Shown: positions 29,270 through 39,500, counted from the stretch's first letter. The stretch: 64,000 nt of DNA from Patescibacteria group bacterium (GCA_038064975.1 JBBTRX010000002.1:128880-192879); one strand, 5' to 3'. Numbers and translations: made by a program. Notes: generated by a model not told the origin, from the sequence alone.

Positions 29270-29755
29270 TCACAGTTGGCCAAGGCGTTCCCGTTTGAGG
29301 AGCGATGAAGTCGCAATCGCGATTGCAAGCGCATCGCTTGCATCATCATGGCCTTTAACCTCGTCCATAGTTAATATCTTTTTTACCATCTTTGCAACCA
29401 TGAGCTTATCCGCAGCTCCGTAGCCTGCAACGGAAAGCTTTACATCCCCCGGTCGTATTTCATAAATAGGGAGGCCAGCCTCTTGGGCGATAAAGAGCAT
29501 TGCTCCTCTCGCCTCAGAAACAGAAAGGGCGGTTTTTTGATTTTTTGCGAAATAAATAGTTTCAATACCGATGACTTCAGGATTATGCCTTTTAATAAGT
29601 TCGCGGAGTGCAACGCCCAGTTCGTAAATTCTTGCGATTCCTTTAGATGTTGTTTCAATTACGCCATACGTTATCGGCGAAAGAACTCCTTTTGTATCAT
29701 CTACAAGGCCATAGCCGATGCGGACTGTTCCCGGATCAATGCCGAGAATTCTCAT
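29270..29755 (-). CDS. ruvC: crossover junction endodeoxyribonuclease RuvC
   Basis: MRILGIDPGTVRIGYGL start with the catalytic D7 and conserved RuvC blocks. Length is 161 aa. Confidence 0.85.
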   Translation of the reverse strand: MRILGIDPGTVRIGYGLVDDTKGVLSPITYGVIETTSKGIARIYELGVALRELIKRHNPEVIGIETIYFAKNQKTALSVSEARGAMLFIAQEAGLPIYEIRPGDVKLSVAGYGAADKLMVAKMVKKILTMDEVKGHDDASDALAIAIATSSLLKRERLGQL

Positions 29756-30279
29756 AATGATGCGTTCGTGGTTACGCGCTGAATGTCATCGTGGTCTTCT
29801 AGCGCCTCTATTGCCTCGGTAATCTGTGTATGGGCTTCGGGAGATATGGATTGCGAGAATTGCGGTTTCCAACCCGAGTCTGTTTTTTCAAAAGACCACA
29901 GCACGCTCCCCTGCCCAGCCATTTTCATATCGTGATCGCCGAGTATTTGTTTAATCTCCGCAATCGTGCGATTCGTGTTGTCGGTAATTCCTTCTATAAT
30001 GAATGCTGATTTTTCCGGACCGTACGCCTCAATAACTACTTCACTTAACTTTTCAGTGTCAGAGCTTTTATGGATCGCCCGTTCAATATTTTCATTCGGC
30101 ACATTATTCTCTCGTGCTTTTTCAATTGCGCTCCGAAGTCGAGGATTAGCGTCCGGTTTTGGATTATCGCGTGCGGCAACTGATATAGCTTTAATAAGCT
30201 TTGAAAACAAAGCCCCGCGTTTTTGGTCAGTAACGCCCTTTTTATGTTTTATTTGACTCCACTTTGAGTGTCCTGACAT
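29752..30279 (-). CDS. yebC: YebC/PmpR family DNA-binding transcriptional regulator
   Basis: MSGHSKWSQIKHKKG start. The N-terminal extension in the ORF track is spurious, so the start is set at 30279. Confidence 0.85.
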   Translation of the reverse strand: MSGHSKWSQIKHKKGVTDQKRGALFSKLIKAISVAARDNPKPDANPRLRSAIEKARENNVPNENIERAIHKSSDTEKLSEVVIEAYGPEKSAFIIEGITDNTNRTIAEIKQILGDHDMKMAGQGSVLWSFEKTDSGWKPQFSQSISPEAHTQITEAIEALEDHDDIQRVTTNASL

Positions 30280-30285
30280 GAGTCT

Positions 30286-30560
30286 AGTGCCCTGTTTACA
30301 AAATAGCTTATCATGGCAGGCGTTATTTTTCATTATATTCAAGGCGTGAGGAGCGACGCGTACCTGAAGGTACGCTAGTGAACGAATAACGCGGAAGATG
30401 ATGAAAAAGAGCGTCTGCCCAAAGGGAAAGAGAATTTTCGGCAACATTCTTCGTCATTTCTCCTCGCGGCACTTTTCAAGCGCGGCTTCGTCGTCATTTC
30501 TTGAATCTTATCCGAAAATTCTCTTTCCATGGCAAGTTATTTTGTAAACAGGGCACTGGT
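30286..30560. repeat. about 275-bp long imperfect palindrome (MITE-like element) in yebC leader
   Basis: Outer 30-bp inverted repeat agtgccctgtttacaaaatagcttatcatg / catggcaagttattttgtaaacagggcact. Inner inverted repeat gggaaagagaattttcgg / ccgaaaattctctttcc. A central palindrome cgcgtacctgaaggtacgc and a tandem cttcgtcatttct x2. Confidence 0.5.
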
Positions 30561-30589
30561 GTAGGAAAAGGCAGATATAAAAACAAGAA

Positions 30590-30633
30590 ACCCCCGAGCG
30601 CCTGAAATGGCGCCGGGGGGCTTTCGCTCATGA
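30590..30633 (-). terminator. Rho-independent terminator after lipoprotein gene
   Basis: Minus-strand hairpin ccccccggcgcc-atttca-ggcgctcggggg followed by a T-rich tail. Confidence 0.45.
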
Positions 30634-31092
30634 TCATGATGAACAGTTGTAAGAACAGTTATGGGAATGATGAGTTCCGCCTTTCCACCCGCTCACAATC
30701 CAATTGCCATTGTTTCCATCTTGCAGCCCTTTTTCTGTGAAGATAAAGAACTGCTGGCGGGTTTGGTTGTAGGGAACATAAATCGGATGCGAGAGTGCTC
30801 CCAGATACTGCCTCCCTCGCCATGCATGTGCGGAGAGAGAGATATGCATTGTTTGAGTGGAATGGTTGGGTTGATGGAGAAACTCCTGCTCTCGGGAGTA
30901 AAGAATCCCATCACTCTTCCTCGGGATGTATCCTCCGATCCGAAAGTGTACGACTAGATCTTCGGGTCCGGCATTTGTGAGCCCAAACTCATTGTCGTAG
31001 AAGAAGGGCAGATTGGTCATGAGAGCAATGTGCGGCATGACGCATCCGACAGAAAATAAGGCCAAAACGGACGCTAGAAAAACGCGCTTCAT
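30634..31092 (-). CDS. hypothetical lipoprotein
   Basis: Signal peptide with a lipobox-like LFSVGC. 152 aa. Confidence 0.45.
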   Translation of the reverse strand: MKRVFLASVLALFSVGCVMPHIALMTNLPFFYDNEFGLTNAGPEDLVVHFRIGGYIPRKSDGILYSREQEFLHQPNHSTQTMHISLSAHAWRGRQYLGALSHPIYVPYNQTRQQFFIFTEKGLQDGNNGNWIVSGWKGGTHHSHNCSYNCSS

Positions 31093-31201
31093 GAGTTGTG
31101 TCTCCAGGGTTGTGAACGGTAAGGATCTTCATTCATTATACACCATTATTATCTCTATGTCAAATAAGGATCAACATGCCCTACAATAGTCATTTCTTTT
31201 C

Positions 31202-32974
31202 TTGTTTTGCGGTATCTCTTGGGATACGATTAAAGGCACGATGGCTCTTCAGAACAACAATCTCAACGAACAGCTTTTGAAAATTAGAGCGAAATCAGAG
31301 GAACGCGAAACTCATCGCGTTGCCGAGAGCACTGGTGTCCCCTATTTTGATGCAACAAAGACGCCCGTCAAAGTTGATGCACTGCGTATGATTCCCGAGG
31401 CTGATGCGCGCAAAGCACGCATTGCAGTTTTTGAATCAGGGGCGGGAATAGTCGCTGTCGCAGCATTGAATCCGAAATCACCGGAGACATTGCGTGCAGT
31501 ACAAGAATTACAAAAGCAAAACGATGTGCGCGTAAAGCTGTTCGCCGCATCGCAGAAAAGCCTTGAGCATTTATGGAGTTTTTATAAATTTGTCGCAGCA
31601 GAAAAAGCTCCGGTTACAAGTCGGGTCAATATTGAAGAGAAGCGGATTATTGAGCTCACAAAAAATCTCCAAACCGTTCCGCAGGTTGAAGCGGAAGTGA
31701 AAGATTTTGATTTTGTAAATCTCTCGGTTACCGATTTTTTGGAAATTATAATCGCGGGAGCGTTGGCGAATCGGGCATCCGACATTCATTTTGAGCCGGA
31801 AGAGGGATTCATAAAACTTCGTTATCGCATAGACGGGGTTCTCCATGACGCGAGTAATGCGGTGCAAAAAAGTTTTTATCCCACAATAGTTTCCCGCATA
31901 AAATTACTTTCTAATTTAAAAATTAACGTTTCCGATAAGCCCCAAGACGGCAGGTTTACTATTCGACTCCCCGCAAAAGACATTGAAATCCGGGTCGCAA
32001 TCGCTCCTTCTGAATTTGGGGAAATTATTGTGCTCCGCGTTTTGGATCCCGCAGCGATTAATCTTTCACTTTCTGATCTTGGATTTAGGGATGACGATTT
32101 GGAAATTGTCGCCACGGAATTAAAGCGCCCGCACGGCATGATTTTAAATACTGGACCCACGGGATCCGGTAAAACGACAACGCTCTATGCGTTTTTAAAA
32201 GCGAAGCACAGCTCTGAAATTAAAATCATTACCATTGAAGATCCGATTGAATATCATTTAGAAGGCATTGAACAAACACAAATTAACGCCCAAGCGGGAT
32301 ATACGTTTGGAAATGGATTGCGCTCAATTATGCGGCAGGATCCGGACGCAATTCTTGTAGGCGAAGTACGAGACAAAGAAACGGCGGAGATAGCGATTCA
32401 AGCGGCGCTTACCGGCCATCTTGTTTTCTCAACCGTCCACGCGAACGATGCAGCCGGCGCAGTTCCCCGATTCCTTGACCTTGGAGTAAAACCGACAAGC
32501 CTTGCTCCCGCATTAAACCTCTTGATTGCCCAGCGTTTAGTTCGCCGCTTATGCGAAGCGTGCAAAAAAGAAAAGCCAATTACTGCGGACTTGAAAACGC
32601 GCATTGATATTTTTATCAAAAAACTTCCCGCACGAGTAAACCGCGAAAATCTGAAAAAGATTGCGCTATTTGATCCTCAGGGATGTGAAAAATGCGCCGG
32701 TACCGGGTTCCGAGGGCGCGTCGCTATCTTTGAACTTCTCTTAAATGATCCAGGGTATACACGACTCAAAGAAAAAGGAGAGGTGGAAGAACTGGCTACG
32801 GAACGAGAATTCGAAGAACTTATTTTGAAAAGCGCGGGTGAAAATGAAATCCAAGAATATGCAGTGAAGCAAGGTATGGTAACTATGCAGGAGGATGGTA
32901 TAGTAAAAGTGTTAGGCGGAGTAACAACTTTTGAAGAAGTGGCGGAAGTCACGGGAGTAATCCACTGGCTTTAA
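31202..32974 (+). CDS. pilB: type II/IV secretion system ATPase GspE/PilB family
   Basis: Walker A GPTGSGKTTTL, Asp box, Walker B ILVGEVRD, His box, and the C-terminal CxxC...CxxC tetracysteine (CEACKKE...CEKCAGTG). Confidence 0.8.
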   Translation: MFCGISWDTIKGTMALQNNNLNEQLLKIRAKSEERETHRVAESTGVPYFDATKTPVKVDALRMIPEADARKARIAVFESGAGIVAVAALNPKSPETLRAVQELQKQNDVRVKLFAASQKSLEHLWSFYKFVAAEKAPVTSRVNIEEKRIIELTKNLQTVPQVEAEVKDFDFVNLSVTDFLEIIIAGALANRASDIHFEPEEGFIKLRYRIDGVLHDASNAVQKSFYPTIVSRIKLLSNLKINVSDKPQDGRFTIRLPAKDIEIRVAIAPSEFGEIIVLRVLDPAAINLSLSDLGFRDDDLEIVATELKRPHGMILNTGPTGSGKTTTLYAFLKAKHSSEIKIITIEDPIEYHLEGIEQTQINAQAGYTFGNGLRSIMRQDPDAILVGEVRDKETAEIAIQAALTGHLVFSTVHANDAAGAVPRFLDLGVKPTSLAPALNLLIAQRLVRRLCEACKKEKPITADLKTRIDIFIKKLPARVNRENLKKIALFDPQGCEKCAGTGFRGRVAIFELLLNDPGYTRLKEKGEVEELATEREFEELILKSAGENEIQEYAVKQGMVTMQEDGIVKVLGGVTTFEEVAEVTGVIHWL

Positions 32975-32981
32975 GCGCATT

Positions 32982-33090
32982 GATCTGGGGGCGAAATGTT
33001 TCGTGGGAGAAACAGAACTAGAGTTACTCCGAGGATAGAGTCAGTCGGAACCGAATCGTCCTGGGCTAAGAGTAAATCCTAGCCCCCAGG
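32982..33090 (+). ncRNA. candidate structured RNA element upstream of ruvB (unidentified)
   Basis: An 11-bp perfect outer inverted repeat gatctgggggc...gcccccaggtc encloses about 85 nt with an inner hairpin gggcta...tagccc. It is GC-rich relative to its flanks. Strand is unknown. Confidence 0.25.
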
Positions 33091-33171
33091 TCAATATGCT
33101 TGAAGAGAGCTATTGTAGCATATTAAATATTAGAAGTCAATACCCAGCGAATTAACCGCCGGGAGTCCCCT

Positions 33172-34173
33172 ATGGAGCCAAAATTAGAGCATAATAATGA
33201 AGAGCAGGTCATTGACGTAATGCTCCGTCCGCAGAAGTGGGATGAGTACGTAGGACAGGAGCGCGTTAAAGACCAATTGCATGTTATTTTGACCGCGGCA
33301 AAGCAACGCGGTGAACCGTGTGACCATCTTTTATTTTACGGCCAGGCAGGTTTGGGAAAAACTACACTTGCTCATCTTGTTGCTCAGGAACTCGGTGCAA
33401 ATTGTAAAGTGACTTCCGGTCCTACTCTGGAGCGTGTCGCGGATCTCGCGGCAGTGCTTACGAATTTGGATTCCGGCGATGTCTTGTTTATTGATGAGGC
33501 TCACCGTTTGAATCGCATGATTGAAGAAGTGCTCTACCCAGCAATGGAGGCGCGGAAGCTTAATATTATGGTTGGCAAAGGCCCGGGTGCACGAAGCGTC
33601 GCGCTTGATCTCCCGCCGTTTACCCTAGTTGCCGCGACGACGCGAGCGAATTTACTCTCCGGTCCGCTTCGTTCCCGTTTTGGAGCATCGTTTAAATTAG
33701 ATTATTATGAACTCCCAGATATTGAAAAGATCCTTTTCCGATCCGCGGATATTTTAGGAATGAGTATTGATGCGGAAGCGACTAAGATACTTGCTGCGGC
33801 ATCGCGGTTCACTCCCCGATCGGCAAATCGTTTGCTTCGCAGATCGCGTGACTACGCACAAGTCAGTAATGAAACACGTATTACGGCCTCACTCGCGCAG
33901 AAAACATTAGATCTTCTTGAAATTGATTCGCTGGGACTTGATACCTACGATCGTCGACTTCTCCGAACCATTATTGAAAAATTCCACGGAGGGCCCGTGG
34001 GGCTGGGAACGCTTGCTGCGGCCTTAAATGACGACAAGGGTAATATTGAAGAGGTGTATGAGCCATATTTAATGAGTATCGGCCTTTTAGTACGGACCTC
34101 TTCGGGACGGATGGTTGCTGACGAAGCATACACTCATCTTAAAAAAGAACTTCCAGATTCTCGTTTGTTGTAA
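33172..34173 (+). CDS. ruvB: Holliday junction branch migration DNA helicase RuvB
   Basis: Walker A GQAGLGKTTLA, Walker B FIDEAHRL, and the C-terminal winged-helix domain. Confidence 0.9.
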   Translation: MEPKLEHNNEEQVIDVMLRPQKWDEYVGQERVKDQLHVILTAAKQRGEPCDHLLFYGQAGLGKTTLAHLVAQELGANCKVTSGPTLERVADLAAVLTNLDSGDVLFIDEAHRLNRMIEEVLYPAMEARKLNIMVGKGPGARSVALDLPPFTLVAATTRANLLSGPLRSRFGASFKLDYYELPDIEKILFRSADILGMSIDAEATKILAAASRFTPRSANRLLRRSRDYAQVSNETRITASLAQKTLDLLEIDSLGLDTYDRRLLRTIIEKFHGGPVGLGTLAAALNDDKGNIEEVYEPYLMSIGLLVRTSSGRMVADEAYTHLKKELPDSRLL

Positions 34174-34176
34174 CTC

Positions 34177-34644
34177 GTGAAACCAATAGGAACACAACAT
34201 ATTAACGGTGTGCGCGCGATGGAATCTTTCGCGCGCGATTTTGTGCGCGATGCTATAGGGTTGCACAAAAAATCTCACGCACTTATATTCGCGCTCTCGG
34301 GAAATTTAGGTTCGGGGAAGACCGCATTCGTGCGCGGAGCTGCCGAATCGCTAAAAGCCAAGGGGGCAGTAACAAGTCCAACATTTATCATCGTGCGTCG
34401 ACTCTCGCTTAAAGAAGCAGACGAATATAACAATCTTTTTCATGTTGATTTGTATAGGATTAAAACCGTGGAGGAGTTAAAGCAGTTAGAGCTTGAAGAT
34501 GCAATGCGGAACCATCGCAATATCATTTTCATTGAATGGCCGGAGAAGGCAGAGTATATAATTCCTCCCGGGTCATTTCTTCTTTCGTTTGAATATGGAG
34601 AGGGCGAAGACGATCGCACCGTTGCTTGGTCTCGTAAAGCATGA
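34177..34644 (+). CDS. tsaE: tRNA threonylcarbamoyladenosine biosynthesis ATPase TsaE (YjeE)
   Basis: P-loop LSGNLGSGKTAFVRG and conserved HVDLYR. GTG start (alternative ATG at 34219). Confidence 0.65.
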   Translation: MKPIGTQHINGVRAMESFARDFVRDAIGLHKKSHALIFALSGNLGSGKTAFVRGAAESLKAKGAVTSPTFIIVRRLSLKEADEYNNLFHVDLYRIKTVEELKQLELEDAMRNHRNIIFIEWPEKAEYIIPPGSFLLSFEYGEGEDDRTVAWSRKA

Positions 34645-34671
34645 TATATAACTTCAATAGAATCTAGAAAT

Positions 34672-35922
34672 ATGAACGTAAAAACAAAAAAACTTCCTGC
34701 ATCGCAATACACGCTTATCGTTGAGCTTTCTCAGGAAGAATTCCATGCATATTGGGAGACATCATATACTCGCGCTATGGGGAGCGTTGAGTTAAAAGGC
34801 TTCAGAAAAGGAACAGCTCCGCGTGAACTCGTAGATTCCGCACTCAATAAAGAAGCGATTTTTCAGGATGCAGTAGATCACGCAGTGCGTGACACTCTAC
34901 ACAATATTTCGGAAGATAATCATTGGGGTTTTGTTGATTCTCCTAAGATAGAAGTAAAAAGCTCGGCACCGCTGTTTTCTAAAGAAAAATTAAAGGACAA
35001 GAGTCCGGGTCTCGTATATACGGCGGATATTACGATATTTCCCGAAGTGAAGCTCGGTGATTATAAAAAAATTGCGGCACAGGCATTGAAAGAAAAGAAC
35101 GAGGCGCCCGTCTCCAATGAGGAGATCGATCAAGCGATAAAATGGCTACAAAGCTCTCGTGCGACGGAAGTGCGGATGCTTCGTGAGACCAAGAAAGGCG
35201 ACGCAATTGAAGTAAGTATTGAGAGTACGGTGGACGGCAACCCTATTCCTGGCGGATCGCTTGAATACGATAAGTTTGTTGTCGGCGAAAGCAAATTTCT
35301 TCCTGGGTTTGATGATGCGCTTCTCGGCGTAAAAGAAGGAGAGATAAAAAAATTCACACTTACTGCGCCAACTGATTATTGGCAAAAAGATCTGCAAGGT
35401 AAGGATATTTCTTTCTCCGTTGTTGTGAAGGGCGTATTTGAGCGGACGCTCCCCGAAATAAACGATGCGTTTGCGGAATCCCTCGGCGGAACATTTAAAA
35501 CAGTTGAGGATATTAAAAAGAATATTCGCGAAGGCATTGCTACCGAAAAGGAAGCAAAAGAATCAGAACGAATTCACGCGAAAATGCTTGAAGAGTTGGT
35601 GAAACAGTCTGAGAGCGATCCTCCTACGATTATGATTGAGAAATCTGTCGATAATCTGGTACAGGAAGTGAAACAGTTAAATCCGGATGCGAAAGAAGAC
35701 GAAACAGCGCGAGAGACGTTACGGGGCAAAGCAAAAGAACGCTTGATGGCGCACCTTGTTCTCCACGCGCTCGCTGAGCGGGAAAGTCTGAATCCTAGCG
35801 AGGAAGAAGTGAGCGAAGAATTACGCCGGCGCAGTCTTGACCGAGATACCTACTACGACTATATTTATGGCATATTACGGCACAGAAATATCTTCGCCTT
35901 TTTGGAGAGATCGTCACAATAA
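34672..35922 (+). CDS. tig: trigger factor
   Basis: 416 aa with an N-terminal ribosome-binding motif (GFRKGTAP), a central FKBP-like domain and a C-terminal arm domain. Confidence 0.85.
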   Translation: MNVKTKKLPASQYTLIVELSQEEFHAYWETSYTRAMGSVELKGFRKGTAPRELVDSALNKEAIFQDAVDHAVRDTLHNISEDNHWGFVDSPKIEVKSSAPLFSKEKLKDKSPGLVYTADITIFPEVKLGDYKKIAAQALKEKNEAPVSNEEIDQAIKWLQSSRATEVRMLRETKKGDAIEVSIESTVDGNPIPGGSLEYDKFVVGESKFLPGFDDALLGVKEGEIKKFTLTAPTDYWQKDLQGKDISFSVVVKGVFERTLPEINDAFAESLGGTFKTVEDIKKNIREGIATEKEAKESERIHAKMLEELVKQSESDPPTIMIEKSVDNLVQEVKQLNPDAKEDETARETLRGKAKERLMAHLVLHALAERESLNPSEEEVSEELRRRSLDRDTYYDYIYGILRHRNIFAFLERSSQ

Positions 35923-35927
35923 CTACT

Positions 35928-36527
35928 ATGAACGAATACAACCAATACCTCATCCCGACTGTTATTGAAAAATCACAATATGGAGAACGGGCGTACGACA
36001 TTTTTTCCCGTCTTCTTAAAGAGCGCATTATTTTTTTAAGCGGCCCCGTGAGTGATCAGATGGCAAGTTTGGTAATTGCCCAGCTACTGCTCTTAGAGCA
36101 CGAAGATCCTAAAAAAGATATCAAGCTCTACATTAATAGTCCCGGAGGTTCGGTGACTGCAGGTCTCGCGATTTATGATGCAATGCAATACGTAAAACCA
36201 GATGTTTCTACGATCTGCGTAGGAATGGCAGCTTCCATGGGTGCGGTGCTTCTCGCGGCTGGTGCAAAAGGAAAACGTCTCGTGCTTCCTAATTCGGAAA
36301 TATTACTTCACCAGGTTATGGGCGGTGCTCAAGGTCAAGCGGTAGAAATTGAAATTACGGCAAAGCACATCATTAATATTAAAAATAAGTTGAATCAGAT
36401 TCTCGCGAAGCATACGAAGCAATCCCTTTCCCGTATTGAGAAAGATACTGATCGCGATTTCTACTTGAATGCGGAAGACGCGAAAGAGTATGGTCTTATT
36501 GATCAAGTAATTAATCCGAAGCGATAA
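35928..36527 (+). CDS. clpP: ATP-dependent Clp protease proteolytic subunit ClpP
   Basis: Catalytic Ser in GMAASMGA and conserved [16 protein letters not shown]. 199 aa. Confidence 0.9.
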   Translation: MNEYNQYLIPTVIEKSQYGERAYDIFSRLLKERIIFLSGPVSDQMASLVIAQLLLLEHEDPKKDIKLYINSPGGSVTAGLAIYDAMQYVKPDVSTICVGMAASMGAVLLAAGAKGKRLVLPNSEILLHQVMGGAQGQAVEIEITAKHIINIKNKLNQILAKHTKQSLSRIEKDTDRDFYLNAEDAKEYGLIDQVINPKR

Positions 36528-36552
36528 TTGGTATTGCGCTTAAGTGAGGCAA

Positions 36553-36590
36553 ACAAAGAGGCGAGGTAAACTCGCTTCTTTTGTTGTCTT
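36553..36590 (+). terminator. Rho-independent terminator after clpP
   Basis: Hairpin acaaagaggcgag-gtaaa-ctcgcttcttttgt followed by a T-rich tail. Confidence 0.5.
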
Positions 36591-36609
36591 TAGGTAGAAT
36601 AAAAACCAT

Positions 36610-37788
36610 ATGCAGACGCAAAATAATGATTTTCGGAGTGTTCTCACGCGTGGCGTGGAAGACGTTATTGTAAAAGAAGATTTAGAGCGCGCGCTTGCTT
36701 CCGGTAAAAAACTGCGCATTAAGTTAGGAATTGATCCTACGGGTCCCAATATCCACTTAGGGCGTGCAATCCCCCTTCGCAAGCTTCGTGCATTTCAGGA
36801 TTTAGGGCATACCGCAGTTTTAATTGTCGGAGACTTCACAGCGTTAATTGGAGACCCGTCCGATAAGCTCGCTAAGCGCCCTATGCTTACGCCTGGAGAC
36901 GTGAAAACGAACATGAAGCGGTATAAGGAGCAGCTCGGGAGTATTGTTGACCTTAGGCGGGCAGAATTGCACTACAACAGTAAATGGCTAAAAAAGATGA
37001 ATCTTGGCGATATGGCGCGGCTTGCGGAGAGTTTCTCCGTTCAACAGATGGTTGCGCGCAGAAACTTTAAAGATCGTTGGGATCGAAATGAAGAGATAAG
37101 TTTGCGGGAATTTCTCTATCCCCTAATGCAGGGGTACGACAGTGTTGCTGTTCATGCCGATGTTGAAATCGGAGGGTTTGACCAACTTTTTAATTTAAAA
37201 GCAGGACGTATCGTGCAAAAGCATTACGGAGAGCCGGAGCAAAACATTTTGACCACAAAAATGCTATTAGGCCTTGATGGAAGAAAGATGACTACGACAT
37301 GGGGAAATACTGTGGCTATTAACGATGAGCCGAATGATATGTTTGGAAAAATCATGTCGTTGGATGATTCGCTCATGAGTGATTACTTCTTGCTCTGTAC
37401 GGACATGGAGGAAGCGGAAATCGCGGCTGAACTCGCTCGCAGTCCTCGCGACACTAAAATGCGCCTTGCAAGAGAGATTGTTTCTATTTACCACAGCAAA
37501 CAGATCGGCGAGAAAGCTGAAGCGGAGTTTAAGCGTATTTTTTCCGAAAAGAAAATCAATGAAGCTGAACTGCCAATCTTACGCATGGGGAGTGAAAAGA
37601 GTATAAATGCGGATGATATCGTATTAAAAAGCGGAGTTGTGCTTAGCCGAAATGCCGCCCGTCGGATTATTGAACAAGGAGGGTTTGAAATTAACGGTAA
37701 GAAGATCATGAATCCGCAGGACGCAGTCTCCTTACATGCGGGAGATGTCGTAAAGATTGGAAAGAAAGATTTCTTCCGAATTGGGTAA
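36610..37788 (+). CDS. tyrS: tyrosine--tRNA ligase (class I aaRS with C-terminal S4 domain)
   Basis: HIGH-region (PTGPNIHLGRA), KMSKS-like (KMTTTWGNT) and a C-terminal S4 RNA-binding domain (VLSRNAARRIIEQGGFEINGKKI). Confidence 0.75.
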   Translation: MQTQNNDFRSVLTRGVEDVIVKEDLERALASGKKLRIKLGIDPTGPNIHLGRAIPLRKLRAFQDLGHTAVLIVGDFTALIGDPSDKLAKRPMLTPGDVKTNMKRYKEQLGSIVDLRRAELHYNSKWLKKMNLGDMARLAESFSVQQMVARRNFKDRWDRNEEISLREFLYPLMQGYDSVAVHADVEIGGFDQLFNLKAGRIVQKHYGEPEQNILTTKMLLGLDGRKMTTTWGNTVAINDEPNDMFGKIMSLDDSLMSDYFLLCTDMEEAEIAAELARSPRDTKMRLAREIVSIYHSKQIGEKAEAEFKRIFSEKKINEAELPILRMGSEKSINADDIVLKSGVVLSRNAARRIIEQGGFEINGKKIMNPQDAVSLHAGDVVKIGKKDFFRIG

Positions 37789-37935
37789 TCTTGATAAAAA
37801 TTTAACATTCTATAATATATAGATATGCTTCTCAACAAAAAGATTTCTACGTGGTCTAGCTTTACTTCCAATTCCTCTCATCTTTATCAAGGGGAAGTTT
37901 AAATACTAAACAATAATTTCTGGTATACATTCGTT

Positions 37936-37968
37936 AACAAACTTCCCTTTGAGGAAGTTTGTTTTTAT
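37936..37968 (+). terminator. Rho-independent terminator after tyrS
   Basis: Hairpin aacaaacttccctttgaggaagtttgtt followed by a T-run. Confidence 0.5.
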
Positions 37969-37994
37969 TTATTACATTAATGTATTAAACGAAC

Positions 37995-38945
37995 ATGGAA
38001 ATTCTTATAGAAAATTTAATCTTTAAAGGCATTCATGGTTATACACAAAAAGAAAAGATTAACCCGCAGCGTTTTATTCTCAATATTAATGTCGAGGGAG
38101 ATTTCGATGGGGCGGCTGCAAAAGATGATCTTCAAAAAACTGCCGATTATCGGCAGTTAAAAGAAGTTGCAAGGAAAGTCATAGAAACTGAACGCTATGA
38201 TCTTTTAGAAACAATTGCCGACAAAATTGCTAATACGATTATAAAGGATCCAATTATTCGGAGGGTCACGGTTTCAGTGAGCAAGCCGGATATTTGGGGA
38301 AATGGAGTTCCAACTGTTACGGTGAGCAAGAATCAGCTGCTGCCTAATCTGAATCTAATTGATTTTGATTGCCATCGCCTTATCCAAGAACTTTGGTCGC
38401 ACGGCGGGGTTTCTTTACCGATCCTGCCGATTGAGAGGCGACTATCCTTATTAACAGAAGCAGAAAAATATCAATTTATTAAGCAGCCCGAAATGGCAGA
38501 ATCGCCTCTGGTGCGGGAACAGCTTTCTTCGTGCAGTGAATTTCCGGCTCATAGCCCCTTTTATACATTAGTCGATGATTTTTTTGAAATGCTTTCCAAA
38601 AAAATTCCAGCGGATGAATGGAATTCAATTTTTCCCACTCCACTAAGATTCAATGAAATGTCGCTTCAGTTTTATGAGAAGGGATCAATCGGTATTACTC
38701 CACATAAGGATGGAAAATCTAGAATTAATTTAATATGCGTTTTTATTTTAAAAGGAATTGGAAAATATGCACTGGTTGATAATCGGTCTGGCGCTAATCC
38801 TCACTATTTAGACGCTCGTCCGGGCAACGTACTTATTCTGCGAGGTCCGGGGTTTCTGGGGTCTGGATATCAGCCGTTTCATGTAGTAACTGATATTACT
38901 GAAGATCGGATGGTTTTTGGACTTCGCCAACGGATAAATAAATAA
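37995..38945 (+). CDS. folB: dihydroneopterin aldolase (FolB) N-terminal domain fused to about 190-aa C-terminal domain of unknown function (HxD...H, possible 2OG-Fe(II)/cupin-like)
   Basis: N-terminal 120 aa match FolB (MEILIENLIFKGIHGYTQKEK...RYDLLETIADKIA). The C-terminal part contains TPHKDG ... PFHVV, with no obvious family. Confidence 0.55.
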   Translation: MEILIENLIFKGIHGYTQKEKINPQRFILNINVEGDFDGAAAKDDLQKTADYRQLKEVARKVIETERYDLLETIADKIANTIIKDPIIRRVTVSVSKPDIWGNGVPTVTVSKNQLLPNLNLIDFDCHRLIQELWSHGGVSLPILPIERRLSLLTEAEKYQFIKQPEMAESPLVREQLSSCSEFPAHSPFYTLVDDFFEMLSKKIPADEWNSIFPTPLRFNEMSLQFYEKGSIGITPHKDGKSRINLICVFILKGIGKYALVDNRSGANPHYLDARPGNVLILRGPGFLGSGYQPFHVVTDITEDRMVFGLRQRINK

Positions 38946-38953
38946 AAACCGCC

Positions 38954-39430
38954 ATGAATAGAAAAATATCTTACCTATCTCTTGGCTCTAATCTTGGAGA
39001 TCGTGAAAATTATTTATTAAGAGCTATAAAGAAAATTATTACTTACCCCAATAATCTGCTTTTAAAAGTATCCTCTATTTATGAAACAGAGCCATGGGGT
39101 ATGAAAAATACGAAATACGCGCCGAGGTTTTTGAATCAATGCATTAAGATGGAAACTACTCTAACGCCATTTGAGTTGCTGGAATTTTTGGAGTCAATCG
39201 AAAAAGATTTGGGCCGAGTTAAAAAAAATAATTGTGAGTCGCGAACAATTGATCTCGATATCTTATTATACGGAGATGAAATCGTGTGTGCACCAAAGTT
39301 GCAAATACCTCATCGCCATATGCATAAGCGAAAATTTGTTCTGTTGCCGCTTTTAGAGATTGAGCCTTCTTTGCAAGATCCGGTTTCTGGTAAGCGATAT
39401 GCTTCTATCTTGGAAGTACTTAAAGATTGA
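38954..39430 (+). CDS. folK: 2-amino-4-hydroxy-6-hydroxymethyldihydropteridine pyrophosphokinase (HPPK)
   Basis: SLGSNLGDR and ETEPWG HPPK signature motifs. 158 aa. Confidence 0.8.
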   Translation: MNRKISYLSLGSNLGDRENYLLRAIKKIITYPNNLLLKVSSIYETEPWGMKNTKYAPRFLNQCIKMETTLTPFELLEFLESIEKDLGRVKKNNCESRTIDLDILLYGDEIVCAPKLQIPHRHMHKRKFVLLPLLEIEPSLQDPVSGKRYASILEVLKD

Positions 39431-39500
39431 GCGGGTAAGGGGAATCGGACCCCTGTCATCAGCTTGGAAAGCTGAGGTAATGCCATTATACGATACCCGC
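39428..39500 (-). tRNA. tRNA-Gly (anticodon TCC)
   Basis: The minus-strand sequence GCGGGTATCGTATAATGGCATTACCTCAGCTTTCCAAGCTGATGACAGGGGTCCGATTCCCCTTACCCGCT folds as a cloverleaf with a TCC anticodon. Confidence 0.8.
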
